In this document: positions 1 to 13,006 of the stretch, piece by piece
Numbering within the stretch: position 1 is the first letter of the stretch
Layout of the letters: each line of letters begins with the position of its first letter
From: Styela clava
Lineage: Eukaryota
NCBI RefSeq assembly: GCF_964204865.1
Contig: NC_135257.1
Span: forward strand, 13,330,001-13,394,000
DNA: 64,000 bases
Direction of reading: 5' to 3'
The notes under the pieces: generated by a model
What the model saw: only the letters and a program-made list of their open reading frames with translations
Told to the model about the DNA's origin: nothing
The model's database searches: none
Position numbers and translations under genes: made by a program

Positions 1-341
1 GTTGTTATGAGAAGTTTATGAAAATTTTAAATTTAAACATGTAATAAACTTGTTAAGGGACATTTTATTTGTTTAGATGAAATGAAAGTAATGTATACAC
101 AGATCTAAATCAAATACACAGTTTGACAGAATGTCATACGATTTAACACGAGCCTGACAATCAAAACATATCGAGTATTTCAATATACTTATTTCACTCA
201 ATATAGTATAATATATTAAAATTGATTTATGATTTTATCTGTTTTAAGTATATCAAAGGTATTATCTACATAAATTAAAAAGAGTTGACACGTTTACAGC
301 CAGGCTCTTCAACAAATTATGCAAGTCTACTCAAACCTGAC

Positions 342-1205
342 CTCTTTCTTTAATTTTGCATCTTGCTGTAAGTTATTTCTTTTTTCCTCAGATTGTTGTC
401 TGATTTGTTCAATTTTCAATTGTTCAACATGTGTTTCATATTCCTAGAAAAAAATGATATATTTGATCACTGTACAATAAGACAATAAGAAATTTACATC
501 TTTGAGTCAACCATATTTAAAAATAAAATGACAATATTTGAATACCTTGACTTTTGCTTGAAATTCAATTTGTTTTGTGTGTTCTTGATGTTTCGAGAGT
601 TCCAACGCATCTTTGGCATGAGCTGAACAAAAGAATTATCGTTGCCATAAATGCATAAATGACAACTCATTTGGATATTATAACTTTGGATTAACTGTCT
701 TGAACACTAAATAAATAAAACGACAAAAACAAATGTACAAAATAGAAGAGCAATAATTGCTTCAATGTCATGATTAATGCTATTTTTTGTGAAGTAATGA
801 TTCCTAATTTTATTTTCGAAGGAATTTAGTTCATCATTAAAAACCAAATTGGACTGAAGAGTACAATAGTAGAACACTTAATCCAACTAAGAACCAATCC
901 AACTAATATTTCATATGGGCTGACACAAATACTGATTAGTTATATTACTGTATTAATAAATTATAATTTATGTCATAAATGAAACTCATACAAGATGCAT
1001 CCAGCTCTCTGGCAGCTTTTGCTGCTCTCTCCAGGCCAGTCGGATCAAAACTTGACCATTTATCTCCAGGTTTGAGTCCTGAATTGTCATTTTTATCAGG
1101 TGGAGTTGGTGGTGTAGGTAAGCTGCCAGCATCAAACTTTACATCGGGAATATCTGCAGATGCACCTTTGCTCCCAAAAAATTTGCTTAATATTGAATTG
1201 TCCAT
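342..1205 (-). CDS. ATAD3: ATPase family AAA domain-containing protein 3, 5' part (gene continues past position 1)
   Basis: Exons 1205-992, 622-546 and 443-342 with GT-AG introns splice in frame to [11 protein letters not shown]...[88 protein letters not shown] is the ATAD3 N-terminal signature. Confidence 0.93.
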
Positions 1206-1799
1206 AATTTATTTCTAAAAATGAACATTCAATACCTCACTTTCCTAGTTAAATTTTTGAAATATAGAATTCTATTTATAGGAAACCTGGAAAATATTTC
1301 ACTTTAACAAAGCAATAAAAATACACCGCTGCCATGAAATCAAAATACAATTACTTTCCAGTGTTGTCATATGGCAGCATATTAATGATTGATTGACTTG
1401 ACTATTTGCTTAATTTTGAAGAAAGTTCACTTTCAAATTGAATTTATTTTTTTTAGATACATTTTGAAAAATGTTCTTTAGATAGAAAATTTTTTTTCAA
1501 CTTCCAGGGAAGGTCAAACGGGACTGCATTAAACTACTCTAGCCATTGCACCATCCTCTGCTAAAGAGCGTTAATGGGATAAAATATTTCCTAAAAAAGT
1601 TTTTTCAGTATGTGTGTTTCAAAGCAGCACATGGGAAAAAATTCAACAGAATAACTTGATATATACTACAACAACCTTCCAGGCAGTTAAAATTCAAAAC
1701 TTTGTAATATGCAATTTATTTTGTGAATTTAATCACAAAATCACACCTATTTATAGCCCATGTTCAATATGTACATCTTGATCTTGAAATGCTGTAAAG

Positions 1800-2440
1800 C
1801 AGGGGTGTCAAACCCGCAGCCCCGGGCCGCATGCGACCCCAGGGAGATTCCATTGCGACCTTCGAACACTTAACAATTATTGTAATATTTGGTAATTTTT
1901 TTTTATCTAAATGAATGATAACACATTTTTCAAACATTTCAAAGTGAAATTGATTTTTCACACAGAAAATGACAATTTACAGAAAATAGTTTTACAAATT
2001 TTTCAGTTATCATTTGACCCAATTATTTTGGTACTGTAATATCATTTCAGCTTTATATTAGTAAGCTGGTGGCCCGAATGAGATGCCAAACGCCAGAAAA
2101 TATGTAATAATAAACATTGGTTTATTCTGTATTTTTGTAAATTTTAGGTCTAAATAATAAGATAAATCATTTTCAGTCTATGTATTATTTTTTTATTATC
2201 GAAAATATTTTTAAAAAATGTTTTGGATAATTGTATATAAAAATTTATAATTTTTTGTAAAAAATAGCCTACAGTGAATAACAATAATAGTGAAATGCAA
2301 GAAATTAATATGTAAATGGCATTTGAAATTTAGGAAATATTCGGCCTATCTAAAAATATACATTATCAACATCAAAAACTGTTTGCGGCACAATTCCCAA
2401 AATGCAATGCCCTCCAAAACCCACGAGTTTGACACCCCTG
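1800..2440. mobile_element. Non-autonomous hAT (Buster-like) MITE
   Basis: TIRs CAGGGGTGTCAAAC / GTTTGACACCCCTG; 8-bp TSD ctgtaaag/ctataaag. Related to the hAT nested in the three large elements. Confidence 0.85.
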
Positions 2441-2729
2441 CTATAAAGGATATGCCAAATTCTCAGGTTCTGGGTTCATATGTTTTATTGAATGCTTGTG
2501 CCTATATAAAAACAGCATATTTCACTTATATTGGTATTTATATATGGGCATTTTTCATACTGATCCTTAAGATGACATCTCTTAAATGGGAAACCACCGC
2601 TTCTGACGCAGTAATCAGAATTGGTCTGGTAGGGGAACATCTATTACGGCAATCTTGAAAGCCACACAGACTTAAAAGGAGGGAAAAAGCAGGGACTGAC
2701 TGTGATTCTACTTTTGAGTCGCTCTAACA

Positions 2730-3009
2730 CTGACATGGGCAAACTACGGCCCACGAGTCAAATCCAGCCCGTTGAGTAATTCAATCTGGCCCACCTGATG
2801 CTGCCACAACTGCAAAACTAAACTAAAACCAAATTTTTGATGTTTTAGATAAAATAAAAATCAAGAAATTTGTCAAGATTGCCATTAAATTTAACTTCAT
2901 CACAAGCTAACAGGGCTCATTGTTGTCCACTTTTGCATCACTGTAAATATCGTTCAATAAAATGTAAATTTTGGCCCCTGGTTCAAAAACCTCGCCCATC
3001 CCACCCCTG
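2730..3009. mobile_element. Short hAT-like MITE, same family as 21059-21354 (opposite orientation)
   Basis: Starts CTGACATGGGCAAAC, ends ...GCCCATCCCACCCCTG; internal similarity to the reverse complement of 21059-21354; degenerate TSD. Confidence 0.65.
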
Positions 3010-3559
3010 CCTAACATCTGAATAACCAAACCCATACATGCCTATTAGCTTCTTGTATTCAATTTAAGACAAATTATAAGTTTTTTCATTTTAGGGTTCG
3101 CATCTAAAGAGTTTCATATTTTTCGATGGATTCATCCAAACACTGAAATTACGCAGCAATTGCGTCATTCATCACTCGATCATTTGCGATGGCGCAAGCC
3201 TGTCTGCCTGTGAGCGACGATGCTCTAAAATTTGAAAACATTCCAGTAAAAGAGCTAATTTTAAATGATTGGTTCCTACAAACGAACGCCATTACTGTAA
3301 ATGGGGTCTATGAACGATCACGAAAACCTAACATATCAGACATTAATCCACGTACCGCCGTACACATAACAGCGGGCCTATCCCAAACATATTCATAACC
3401 TGCACAGTACCAAAGTGACAAGGGCACACGTGTGATTTTGAGAGATTGTTAATACGAGAGTTCATTAGAGCGTATAAGTATTTTCAACAGCTACATTTAA
3501 GTAGTGATACGCATTGCTTAATCTCGTCCATCTCCAAGACACCACTGCGAAGCTATTGT

Positions 3560-3850
3560 CGCTCTACAGATATTGTAAATGCTTTGAATCTGTAAACTCA
3601 GAAACTAGTAAACGACAAAAATAATGTTAGTGGAAAGGGTTTATGAATGTAAATGTTTCGCGATCAACCCATTTCTTTGTTTATCACGCAACAATGGTGA
3701 CGTAACAATCAAAAATTCATCACTTCCCGGACTCTTGCTTTAACATCAGAACATCGAAGTCTCGATTTAAACAACTTTTTGTGAGCGTCGACTCGATTTC
3801 GCAGTTTTATTTGTCGGTTTTTAAGTGTAGACTATACGGTATACGCTATG
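3560..3850. promoter_or_regulatory. Probable bidirectional promoter region between ATAD3 and IFT46
   Basis: CpG-rich patch between divergent genes; CRE-like TGACGTAA near 3698; candidate donor G|GTATAC near 3839. Position is inferred. Confidence 0.35.
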
Positions 3851-4356
3851 GTCATCGTTTATTCGTCTAGTCGTGGGAGAGCGTTGATAAGTGATTGCTG
3901 CTGGGTTGTAGCTGATTATAATTTTAGTGCGATAAACAATAATCTTTTGCCAGTTGTAGACCTATGGTATTACATTTATCAAAATCAGGGTTTCTATTAA
4001 ATTTATATTAACCAAAGTCGTCAAATTGAATCCAGATAATAAAATCCTTGTAAATTCATGTGTTTGTAGTGAAATAGGTATCGAGCTAAATTAAGGGATG
4101 AATGTTTTGGTACCTAAACGGCTAAATGAAACCGTGAATTTCACTGCCCAAGTTTTTTATTTTAAAATATAAGGCTAGGCTATAGTCCGATTTGGTGTTT
4201 AATGAAATTTGTAACACCCTGGTGTTCTATATTGCATTCACTAATAAATTTAAAAGTCAAAAGTACAAGTTTTCTGCACTGCTCAATACCTTAAACTATT
4301 GTCTGAACAAACACTTTCAGCAGTCTTGATTCATTTATTTGTTCGTAACATGGTAC

Positions 4357-5418
4357 ATGGCTTCAAATGACGAAAACACTAAACTAGTTGTTAATCAGCA
4401 TTACGACGAAAGCTTGGATGTGAACGATTCTGAAGAAATTGCCAGTTTATATAGCCCTAGCCCAAGAAAGACTCCAACACCGCTTCTGCAACCGGGACCT
4501 GAGAAGCCAAAATATAATAAGATGTCATCACAAGATGATGATGATCAAATATCAAATGAATTTGGAGATAACGATGCCACTGATGGTTCTCCTGGTGATG
4601 TTGCTGATCCCCAAGCTCAAGCAAGGTCTGGGACATCAACAATGAGCGAAGGAGATTCTTCAGAGGACAGCGACTCGTCTTCTGGTGATGAAGAAAATGG
4701 AACAGCCCTAGAAGGTGCTTATGATCCTGCAGATTATGAAGGTTTGAATGTAAGCGTGGAGATAAAAGATTTGTTCCAATACATTACTCGATACACACCT
4801 CAAACTATTGAGCTTGAGCACAAATTAAAACCATTTATACCTGAATACATTCCTGCGGTCGGTGACATTGATGCATTCATAAAAGTATCAAAACCTGACA
4901 ATTCATCCAGTTTACTTGGACTCACTGTATTAGATGAACCATGTGCAAAGCAATCAGACCCTACGGTTCTTGATCTGCAGTTGAGGAGTATCTCAAAAAT
5001 GTCTGGTATAAAGGCAATGCAAGTTCGTAGTCTCAAAGATGCTCAAACCAATCCCAAATCTGTGGAATCCTGGATTGAAAGTATAGAAGATTTACGTAGG
5101 ACAAAGCTTCCACAAAATGTACACTACACAAAAAGCATGCCAGATATTGAACAACTCATGCAGGAATGGCCTCCTGAATTTGAAGCTCTTCTTTCTAAGG
5201 TTCGACTACCATCTGCAGATCTTGATTGTGATTTACAAAAATATATTGACATGATATGCGCCGTGTTAGATATTCCCATATATCCAGGCAATAAAGTGCA
5301 ATCACTTCACGTTTTATTCAGCCTCTACATGGAGTTCAAGAATTCCCAGCACTTTCAAACTGCTAGTCCCAATGAACATCATGATGTGAACGAGCCAGAT
5401 GTAATGACTTTTGATTAA
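4357..5418 (+). CDS. IFT46: Intraflagellar transport protein 46, single coding exon (353 aa)
   Basis: First in-frame ATG at 4357. Acidic N-terminus, then GAYDPADYEGLNVSVEIKDLFQYITRYTPQTIELEHKLKPFIPEYIPAVGDIDAFIKV...LGLTVLDEPCAKQSDPTVLDLQLR...MPDIEQLMQEWPPEFE...SLHVLFSLYMEFKNSQHF, the IFT46 conserved core. Confidence 0.96.
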   Translation: MASNDENTKLVVNQHYDESLDVNDSEEIASLYSPSPRKTPTPLLQPGPEKPKYNKMSSQDDDDQISNEFGDNDATDGSPGDVADPQAQARSGTSTMSEGDSSEDSDSSSGDEENGTALEGAYDPADYEGLNVSVEIKDLFQYITRYTPQTIELEHKLKPFIPEYIPAVGDIDAFIKVSKPDNSSSLLGLTVLDEPCAKQSDPTVLDLQLRSISKMSGIKAMQVRSLKDAQTNPKSVESWIESIEDLRRTKLPQNVHYTKSMPDIEQLMQEWPPEFEALLSKVRLPSADLDCDLQKYIDMICAVLDIPIYPGNKVQSLHVLFSLYMEFKNSQHFQTASPNEHHDVNEPDVMTFD

Positions 5419-6850
5419 TGTCATATAATACTGCATCAGGTGCTCCTTTTTTCATTTGCAGCTTATGGAAACAGTTACTGTGACACATTCATTCAAATTT
5501 GTCCCATTGAACTGCGCTAGTAACTTAGTCATGATTTATAGTATATTTTTGTATCGAATGTTTCTAAGTGTATATATGTTTTAGATAGTGTTCATCACTG
5601 TTATGTATGATCTCTCACTTCAGACTTTCATAATAATTCAATATAACTGTTACCACTCTCTCTCCAGGGATGGCCATAACTAAATACTTTGCTATTTCGA
5701 ATACATTCTAAAGTTCCCCTCATATTTTATTCACTTTTCTGATAATAATATCATTGTAAAGCAGCACAAATGGAATGTGTGATAGTATTGAAATTAGTGG
5801 TTTTCTTGCTTCTAAGAAAAAAAGACATGATAAACATACAGTATTCACACCTGTGAATGGTGGTGTATCTTGGTATTCACAGAAAAAAGTGCAACTATTC
5901 GTCTAGTGAAATGTTTTGAATTCTACAGAAAAATCAAAGTTAATAACAACACACACACTTTTGTTATAACTTCTGACTGTTTATCGTCAGCGTATGTGTT
6001 ATTTATTCCACCAACATAGTTAAGCTAAATTCAGCCACAGTTATCCCTCTACACAAAAATTAATTGTTGTGCAAGCGTGATCTTTAAATTTTATTTTGCT
6101 CCACCATTCGTTGATTCAGAAAAACGCAAATGTTATTACGCAGTCATTGTCATAATTAAATGAGTGAACCCAATTTCCATCAGCTAATGACAAAAAATTA
6201 GGACTGAAAATCGTGTTTTATTTTTTAGTAAGCGCTGATTCAAATCTTTCATGTCAGTTGTTATGCTCCTAAATTAAAACCGCCTACTGAACAATATTAT
6301 CATCAACGACAACGGGATAACGTAAAATCCCCGATACTAAATAATAGTTGAGAACTATTTTCTTCGCTGTAAATTGCAGCAATGTAAAAATTTCCTGTTA
6401 TGTTCGGTCACTATCGAAAGTGAGTATGAAAACAATTAATTCCGACACAATTTGCTTTCGGATTTTTTGCTGTGGCCGCACAAAGTATCTCGACTAAGTT
6501 GAAATATACGATACTAATTGTAAAATATTTGAGACATTTTATAAGCCCTAATTTAAATCTATTTATTGGCACGTCACACAAGTCCGTCTTGATTACGATA
6601 AAAAGTAATTGTAAAATGTTTTCAATCAAATCGTTGGCGGTATGCTCGGACTGGGTCATCATGAACATCTTTATATAGACCTCTACCACTCTGGCCCACA
6701 AATAAATACTCAATTTGACAACTCTCTGATTTGTAAAATTTTCATGCTATTTTTCTAATACATGGCAAAAGAACTTAAGTTTTTAACTATACTTAATTCT
6801 CCCACCGGAAGGGTAAATGGTTAAGGATAGCCATTTGTGTACTTGTCATG

Positions 6851-7012
6851 CATCTGATTTTTGCACCACTTACCCAAAACATTAGGTGAAATTGCTCTAT
6901 AATCAGGCTTATAATAAGTAGGACCGTCGCCATACATCTGATTTTTGCACTACTTCCCCAAAACATTAGGTGAAATTGCTCTCATAATCACACATTAAGT
7001 AGGACCGTCACC
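6851..7012. repeat. Two-copy ~84-bp tandem duplication
   Basis: catctgatttttgcac...caaaacattaggtgaaattgctct...taagtaggaccgtc occurs at ~6851 and ~6935. Confidence 0.8.
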
Positions 7013-7254
7013 AACCTCTTGTGCTCTGATATCAATTGTAATAAAAGTGAGCGCCGCATCGCTAATTCTGCAAAGAGCAGACATACTCTCTTAGGAACCC
7101 CAAAATGAATGATATATGATGAATGTCTGTATCCCTACGACACATGTGGGAATAAAACTATGTACCAATTACCTGGTGATGCAACTAGATTTCTAGCCTG
7201 AGCTGACAAATAAATCAACAGATTTTGTATGTTCCATGTTTAATTTAACCAGGT

Positions 7255-8093
7255 TTATTTTTGAGCAGATGCTGCAGCTGCCTTTCTTTGGGCTTGGATT
7301 GCGGCTTGCATTTCTTCACGCTTTCTTTTTGCACGGACATGAGAGCCAAGCTATATAAAAATAGATTATAAACTAATTTAGAAAGACACATTCACAAGCT
7401 ACATCAACATTTCCCCAATCAGAGATAAATTTTTCTTTGTTTTTTAGTAATTCATGTGCACATTATACATTAACTACTAGGACTGTACATGGATGGAAGG
7501 GCGACTTGCGCTAACACTAGCCTAAGATCTATTAAAGATTGAACAAGTAAAGACATTAACAGAGTGCTAAAGATTTCGGTATGATAATATATGTTTGCAT
7601 ATCATTCAAGCCTAAATCAGCTGTGGTAGAAATATCAGCCAATCAACATTGAGGTGGGGTTTTTAATGCTTCATTACTGAGATGTATAAGATATGATACA
7701 CAATATTATAGGCATTCGAAACAGTTTTCATACACTCCCAATCAAGTAAATTTAATGCAATTCAGTAGATATTTACCCTCTTTTTACAAAATCTCAGCGC
7801 TCTTTTGTCTTTACCAATTCTCAGCAATTCCATGCATCTTCTTTCGTAAGGAGCGAAACCACAGACTTCTCTCACAAGATCACGTACAAACTTGGTTTTC
7901 TTGGACAGGGTCTAAGGTGCAGAAGTGGCGTCATTAGAAAATAGATCAATAGAGATAAATAGACATAAAAAATAAAAACCCAAAATATAATTAAACTTAC
8001 TCCTCTTCGTCTTGCATGTTTAGGCTTCTGGGTAAACTTGGTAACTTTGTGGCCTTTGGTGAGGCCAAATACCATATCATGAATGACTGCCAT
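7255..8093 (-). CDS. RPL36: 60S ribosomal protein L36 (eL36), 107 aa
   Basis: Exons 8093-8001, 7911-7777 and 7350-7255 give [19 protein letters not shown]...[64 protein letters not shown]...K*. Confidence 0.97.
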
Positions 8094-9005
8094 GGCTCTA
8101 AAATATAATAAATAACATGAAATTTAACACATGCTCAAAGTGTTAAATTTGTGAAAAAATACTGTCAAAATGAATCAATTAAGCATTGCATAAGAATTTG
8201 TTCAATAAGGATTAGAATGCATCTCACAAAATTGAATCAATAATGATTGAAGAACCAATTTATAATATACACTCCTATTCGTAGCTTATAATAATTTCAT
8301 CTACAATATGGTCGAAAGTCTAACACCAGAGATGAAACTTAAAACTTAGTTCTGAAAAATCAAATTAAAACTTAGGAAAACAAAAAAAATGAGATTCAAA
8401 TAGAGCAATGTCATGCTATTAATAAACATTCCAATTATAAATCAAAATAAAAAATATATATATACTTTATTTTTTTTTATATGCTAAAATTACGGTAAGT
8501 TCACAGCATTGGTTTTGTGAATCAATAAAATACTGTACAAAGCCTAGCTAATCATGTGATTCACATTGTTGCTGCGTTAATGCCAAGTTTGTATTGGCTT
8601 TCCAATTTATAAGTTTATATGTCCATATTCTGATATTGCCAATTCGTATTTCCTCATTTATAAAAGGCAAAAACAGGGTTGTAAACATGAGTAGCAGGTA
8701 AACTTAAGCAGCTGAATGACTGCAGTACAAACTACTTATCACAGTTTTAGATATCAATCAGTGAAATAGTAAGCTATATCGTATAAATAAACAACAATAG
8801 CTAGATCGAAAATGAATACAGCAGACTAATTTGGATTATCGTAATTGGGTAAGAATGTGTATCAGTAACAATACTTTAAACTCATTTCTACCCTAACACC
8901 ATGACAAATATGTTAATTTAGCACCCTTTTGTTGTGAATACACCAACAAATTTATACGAAAATAGCCTTTATGACAAGACAGCGACGATAAAAACGCGAA
9001 CGTAC

Positions 9006-9034
9006 CTATCGATCGGCACAGCAGAGCAGAAAGG
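9006..9034 (-). promoter_or_regulatory. Non-coding first exon of RPL36 with 5'TOP/TCT-like start
   Basis: Minus strand reads CCTTTCTGCTCTGCTGTGCCGATCGATAG|GTACG (pyrimidine tract, then donor); matching acceptor TTTTAG|AGCCATG lies just before the ATG at 8093. Confidence 0.7.
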
Positions 9035-9884
9035 ACCATCCGTGCTGGTGAACTCATAGTTGCCATATTTGACAACGCTGTATGGAAATCCGAGTAAGCA
9101 AACTCAAAAAAGTTAATTGTGAATATTTGAGGGAAAAAAGTTTATTACTTTATTTTCCTAATTACAATGATTTTTTTTTAAATTTAGCATTGCATATTGT
9201 GTTGAATCGAATACGAACTAGGTAAGCAATAAACCAATAAAGTATCATTACGACAATCAATACAGGTTTCGGCAAATTGAAAAGGCAACACTTTATAGAA
9301 CAGAACAAATCATATAATTGTATATTTATATATATATATATAATTTGAATCATTTATGCTTTTCTATCGTTTTAATGTCACTGTGATTTTCGAAATTGTC
9401 ATGATATCTGGTAACTGTAATTAAAATAAACACCTATCACTATCCGCGAGGAGTCAGTAAAGAGTAGTAGAAGTTTCATATGTAGGAGGTGATGAGATGC
9501 GATAGCAATTTGAACTTGTGGGCAATGTGTTTTGAAATTATGAAATTGTTTTAATTGGGTGCAAATTATACTAATTCGACAATAAAATTAATATACGAAA
9601 ATTCCGTTTGGCATTGGAATTTATTTGGCAAAAAAAAAAAAAAAGATAGCAATTTGCAGAGGGACAGATATATGAAAATTCGTTTCCATCAACCGAAAAA
9701 ACAAAATTAAGGTCTTTTAAATTAAACTGTATTACAAATCTATAGTTCTCAACAATACATTGCATGGTTTTGCATTGCACAAGTATTTGTGAATATTGTA
9801 AAGTGTAAACAACATAGATTCTGATATTGAAACTCAACTTCATTATGAGATTCCTAATTTACAATTTGTTAACTTACAGATTTA

Positions 9885-10316
9885 GGGTCTCATGTAGTTT
9901 CGTACCTAACATACTTCTAGTGGGCGTAGCATAACAATTTTTTCACATGTCAATCCTAACCCCCACCTGACTACCGGTACGCCATCCGAAAATTACGTCA
10001 CAGTGACGTGATAGAGCCCTTCAAACTATACGAACTTCCATCCAAGACGCGCAGATGAGCACCCGAAATCGAAGAGCTATTTTTTTCGTTGCAGAGATCG
10101 ATGACGTTAGTCAGTTCTTTATTGTCGTCGCCGATGCTATTTCGGGCGATGGTATGTATATTTGGCAAGCTCTATGACATGATTGTGATGTCGTAGTGAC
10201 GTAATTTTTGGATGGCGTAGTCAGATGGGGGTTAGGATTATTAACATATCAAGAAATTGTTATGCTACGCCCACTCACCACTAGAAGTACGTTAGGTACG
10301 AAACTACACGAGCCCC
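9885..10316. mobile_element. MITE with long TIRs, 8-9-bp TSD (family shared with 25243-25621)
   Basis: GGGTCTCATGTAGTTTCGTACCTAAC...GTTAGGTACGAAACTACACGAGCCC, with imperfect inverted arms over 100 bp; flanked by cagattta on both sides. Confidence 0.8.
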
Positions 10317-10368
10317 CAGATTTAACTGTAATTTATTGGCTGCCCGGTTTCTTCATATGCCTTTATAG

Positions 10369-11657
10369 CAGCGTTTCCCAACTCTTTTTTGGTCGCGGCC
10401 TATTTTTTTACCGGCGAAAACCTTTGCGGACTTAATGTGCGTTTATTGCAAGCGTACTCTGTGTGAAAAGCAATAAAACCAAACACAACAGAACTTTAAC
10501 GAATTTCAAAATCGGAAATTCGCCGCAATTACGCGTTCGTTAAAAGAGACGAATTTTTTTAGTGTATAAAATGGCCTTTTCTGTCGCACAATATTCAATC
10601 CAATGACGACGACGAGAATTTAAAATGTCCTTTTATTTTAATTTAATTGTGTTCATGGTAACTCGCGGTTGTTTCGATGAAAGCATTACTGCTTTAAAAT
10701 GGCAAGGCAATCTGGGACTATGATGAGGTGAGAATATATTGCCCGATTATATTTAGTTTGGATTAGAGGTAAGATCGGGCTAAAAAATTCCAGCCCGACC
10801 CGACTCCGGCCCGTGGGTATTAAACCCGACAGACCCGAGCCTGACTAATTAACTGGATTTGCAGGCCCGACCTGACCCGGGCCCGTGGGTATTAAAACCC
10901 GACCCGAGCCCGACTAATTAACTGGATTTGCAGGCCCGACCCGGGTCCGTGGGTATTAAAACCTGACCCGAGCCCGACAGGCATCCTGAGGAAAAATTCA
11001 AAAAATCTTGAGGGAAAATCCAAGGAATTCTGAGGGAAAATGCCCTGGTACGTATACTACCGCAGCACCCGAAATTTTGCGATTCGTAGTGTCTAAAAAA
11101 GCATTTTTAATCGCGGACCATCATAAAACAAAACTTAATTAAGGTGTTCTTCGTTTTATTTTTAGTATTTCCGCTTTTCAATTTAAAAAATTTGGGTTGC
11201 CACCCTTGACACTTAGCATCAGAAAAAAAATATATTCCTCGTTGTTCGAACTCGCGAAACACCATTTAGGTATCTATCGAATCGCGTGCAGACTCGTGTT
11301 TTCGTCGGAAATCTGTAAATGAATTGGGAAATACGATCGTTTGATTAAGCGCGCGCAAGTGACCCGTCGCATCACTTGTTACTAAATTTTCGAATAGTAA
11401 ATTTATATTCTAATAGTTGAATTTTCGAATATATGAGCAGCCCTACTTAGTAACCAGTAATTAGTGACTCGATTAATGTTATGTGAATAAACTTGCTTAT
11501 TATGTTTTATGTAAATTCTAACGTAAATCGTAACTTGGCTGATAGTTAGGTTTCGCAAAAAGGTTTGCGACCCGCAGTAAATTTCTGGCTCGTTGCGGAC
11601 TCATTCAAACGCTCCGCGGACTCATTTGAGACCGCGGACTCGGGTTGGGAAACACTG
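10369..11657. mobile_element. Non-autonomous hAT element with internal GC-rich tandem repeats
   Basis: TIRs CAGCGTTTCCCAAC / GTTGGGAAACACTG; TSD ctttatag/ctctatag; CCGCGG-type subterminal motifs. Confidence 0.8.
10790..10980. repeat. ~62-bp tandem repeat, about 3 units (CCCGAC-rich)
   Basis: ggcccgtgggtattaaa...cccgagcccgactaattaactggatttgcaggcccgacc is repeated; resembles a hAT subterminal array, probably from a nested element. Confidence 0.8.
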
Positions 11658-13006
11658 CTCTATAGAGATACCGAATTCACGATACATGAATCAATTTATG
11701 AGTCATAGTTGTGATAATGAAAAATAGGCAGTAGGCCTATTAAAGAATAGAAAATTCTACATGCATAAAAAAAACGAAATTTAATGATCACAATGATATT
11801 ATGGTTATATAAACCGATAATCGTTGTTTGTGCTTATTTTTTATTTTATATATACTGATATTGGGACAAAATAATAATACAAAAAAGGGAGATGATAAAA
11901 TATCATTTTTATCCCATATATACCGGTATGCACTAGGGCAGGGGTGGGCAACCACTGGCACGCGAGCCCATTAGAATCCTCGAAAACGAGATCATTTCCT
12001 TCAGAAAAAAAGTTTGGAGACTCTGAATTATCTGATGAAACTAGTTGTTAATTTATTCATTATCGTATGTTAACAATTCGTTATTTATTTAAACTTTTTT
12101 TTTCTCTTTCATGACATATGGCTACAAAAAATGTATTATGTGTAACAAATGAGTAAGCTCTCGAGAAGAGCCCAGCATTAATTTGGCTGCATTCTTACGT
12201 AATATAGTTCGTCTGTGCCACCCTTTTCCTCATTTCCGCTTAATTTATGAAGTTGTACAGCTCATGTTGGTGAGAGTTACCTGTTAACTTACTGTTATAA
12301 ATTGATCTCAAAAGAAATATAAATGATTAGGGAAGGGAATACAAGAGAGAAGTGCAGAAAACAAACTATTGCGTGATTTGGCCATTCCCAAAATATTTTC
12401 GTGTCCTAAAAACTCTGCAACTGCATTACTCTCCATGTTTTTTTTATCTACATATATGCTTGTGAATCTCGGTTCTTAGTTATTATGAACTTTATTGAGT
12501 CTCGTAACAGGAGTAGCTTGAAAGATGAAACGAGTAGTTCGTGTATTTCTTTGAATTCAGGTGGGGCTTAGGAAGGACAAGCAAAAATGGTTGTGCCACG
12601 CCAACTAGAAGTACTTACGTTGTATTGTGAACATGGCCTATAGCAGGTGCCCAAGTCAGCACTGCAACTGCATGAATCGAATGATAATTGAAAAAACATT
12701 ATAACAGAAATTCGATATATGCACAAAACCTTATCTGTGACAATTCATGATGACATTGGTTCTTATTAGTTCATCAGTAGTGGGCCACTTGATATTTTGT
12801 AATTGTTATATTTGCTTTATTTTATTACATATGCTGTATCCTATATCAACTTTCACCTCACTCGGTGACATGGATATTATTACTGAAACAATAAAATTTT
12901 TCATGGAACTGGATAACAATATGGGCAAATATATATTTCAACATAATGGGAACGAAATTTTGTTATATGGACATAAGCAACCAGTGTAATAGGATATTTA
13001 GAAGAA

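Noticed and set aside
979-1218. Short plus-strand ORF and similar 60-110 aa ORFs elsewhere
   Set aside because: Antisense shadows of real exons or chance ORFs in AT-rich introns and repeats.
4339-4356. TTG start for IFT46 given in the ORF track
   Set aside because: Eukaryotic gene; the first in-frame ATG is at 4357.
7115-7206. Plus-strand ATGATGA...CTGA, snoRNA-like spacing
   Set aside because: Antisense to and outside RPL36, with no terminal stem and no recognisable guide.
7612-7682. Possible C/D snoRNA in RPL36 intron 3 (minus: GTAATGA...CTGA...TACCACAG-CTGA)
   Set aside because: The C box lacks the conserved G, there is no terminal stem, and only ~8 nt resemble an 18S complement; a snoscan/Infernal run would settle it.
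9059-9076. GTTGCCATATTTGACAAC as an RFX X-box
   Set aside because: Half-site spacing is longer than the consensus and it is next to RPL36, not a ciliary gene; no convincing X-box seen at IFT46 or CCDC138/PIBF1.
10790-10980. Regular repeats that could suggest a CRISPR-like array
   Set aside because: No unique spacers; eukaryotic context; lies inside a hAT element.
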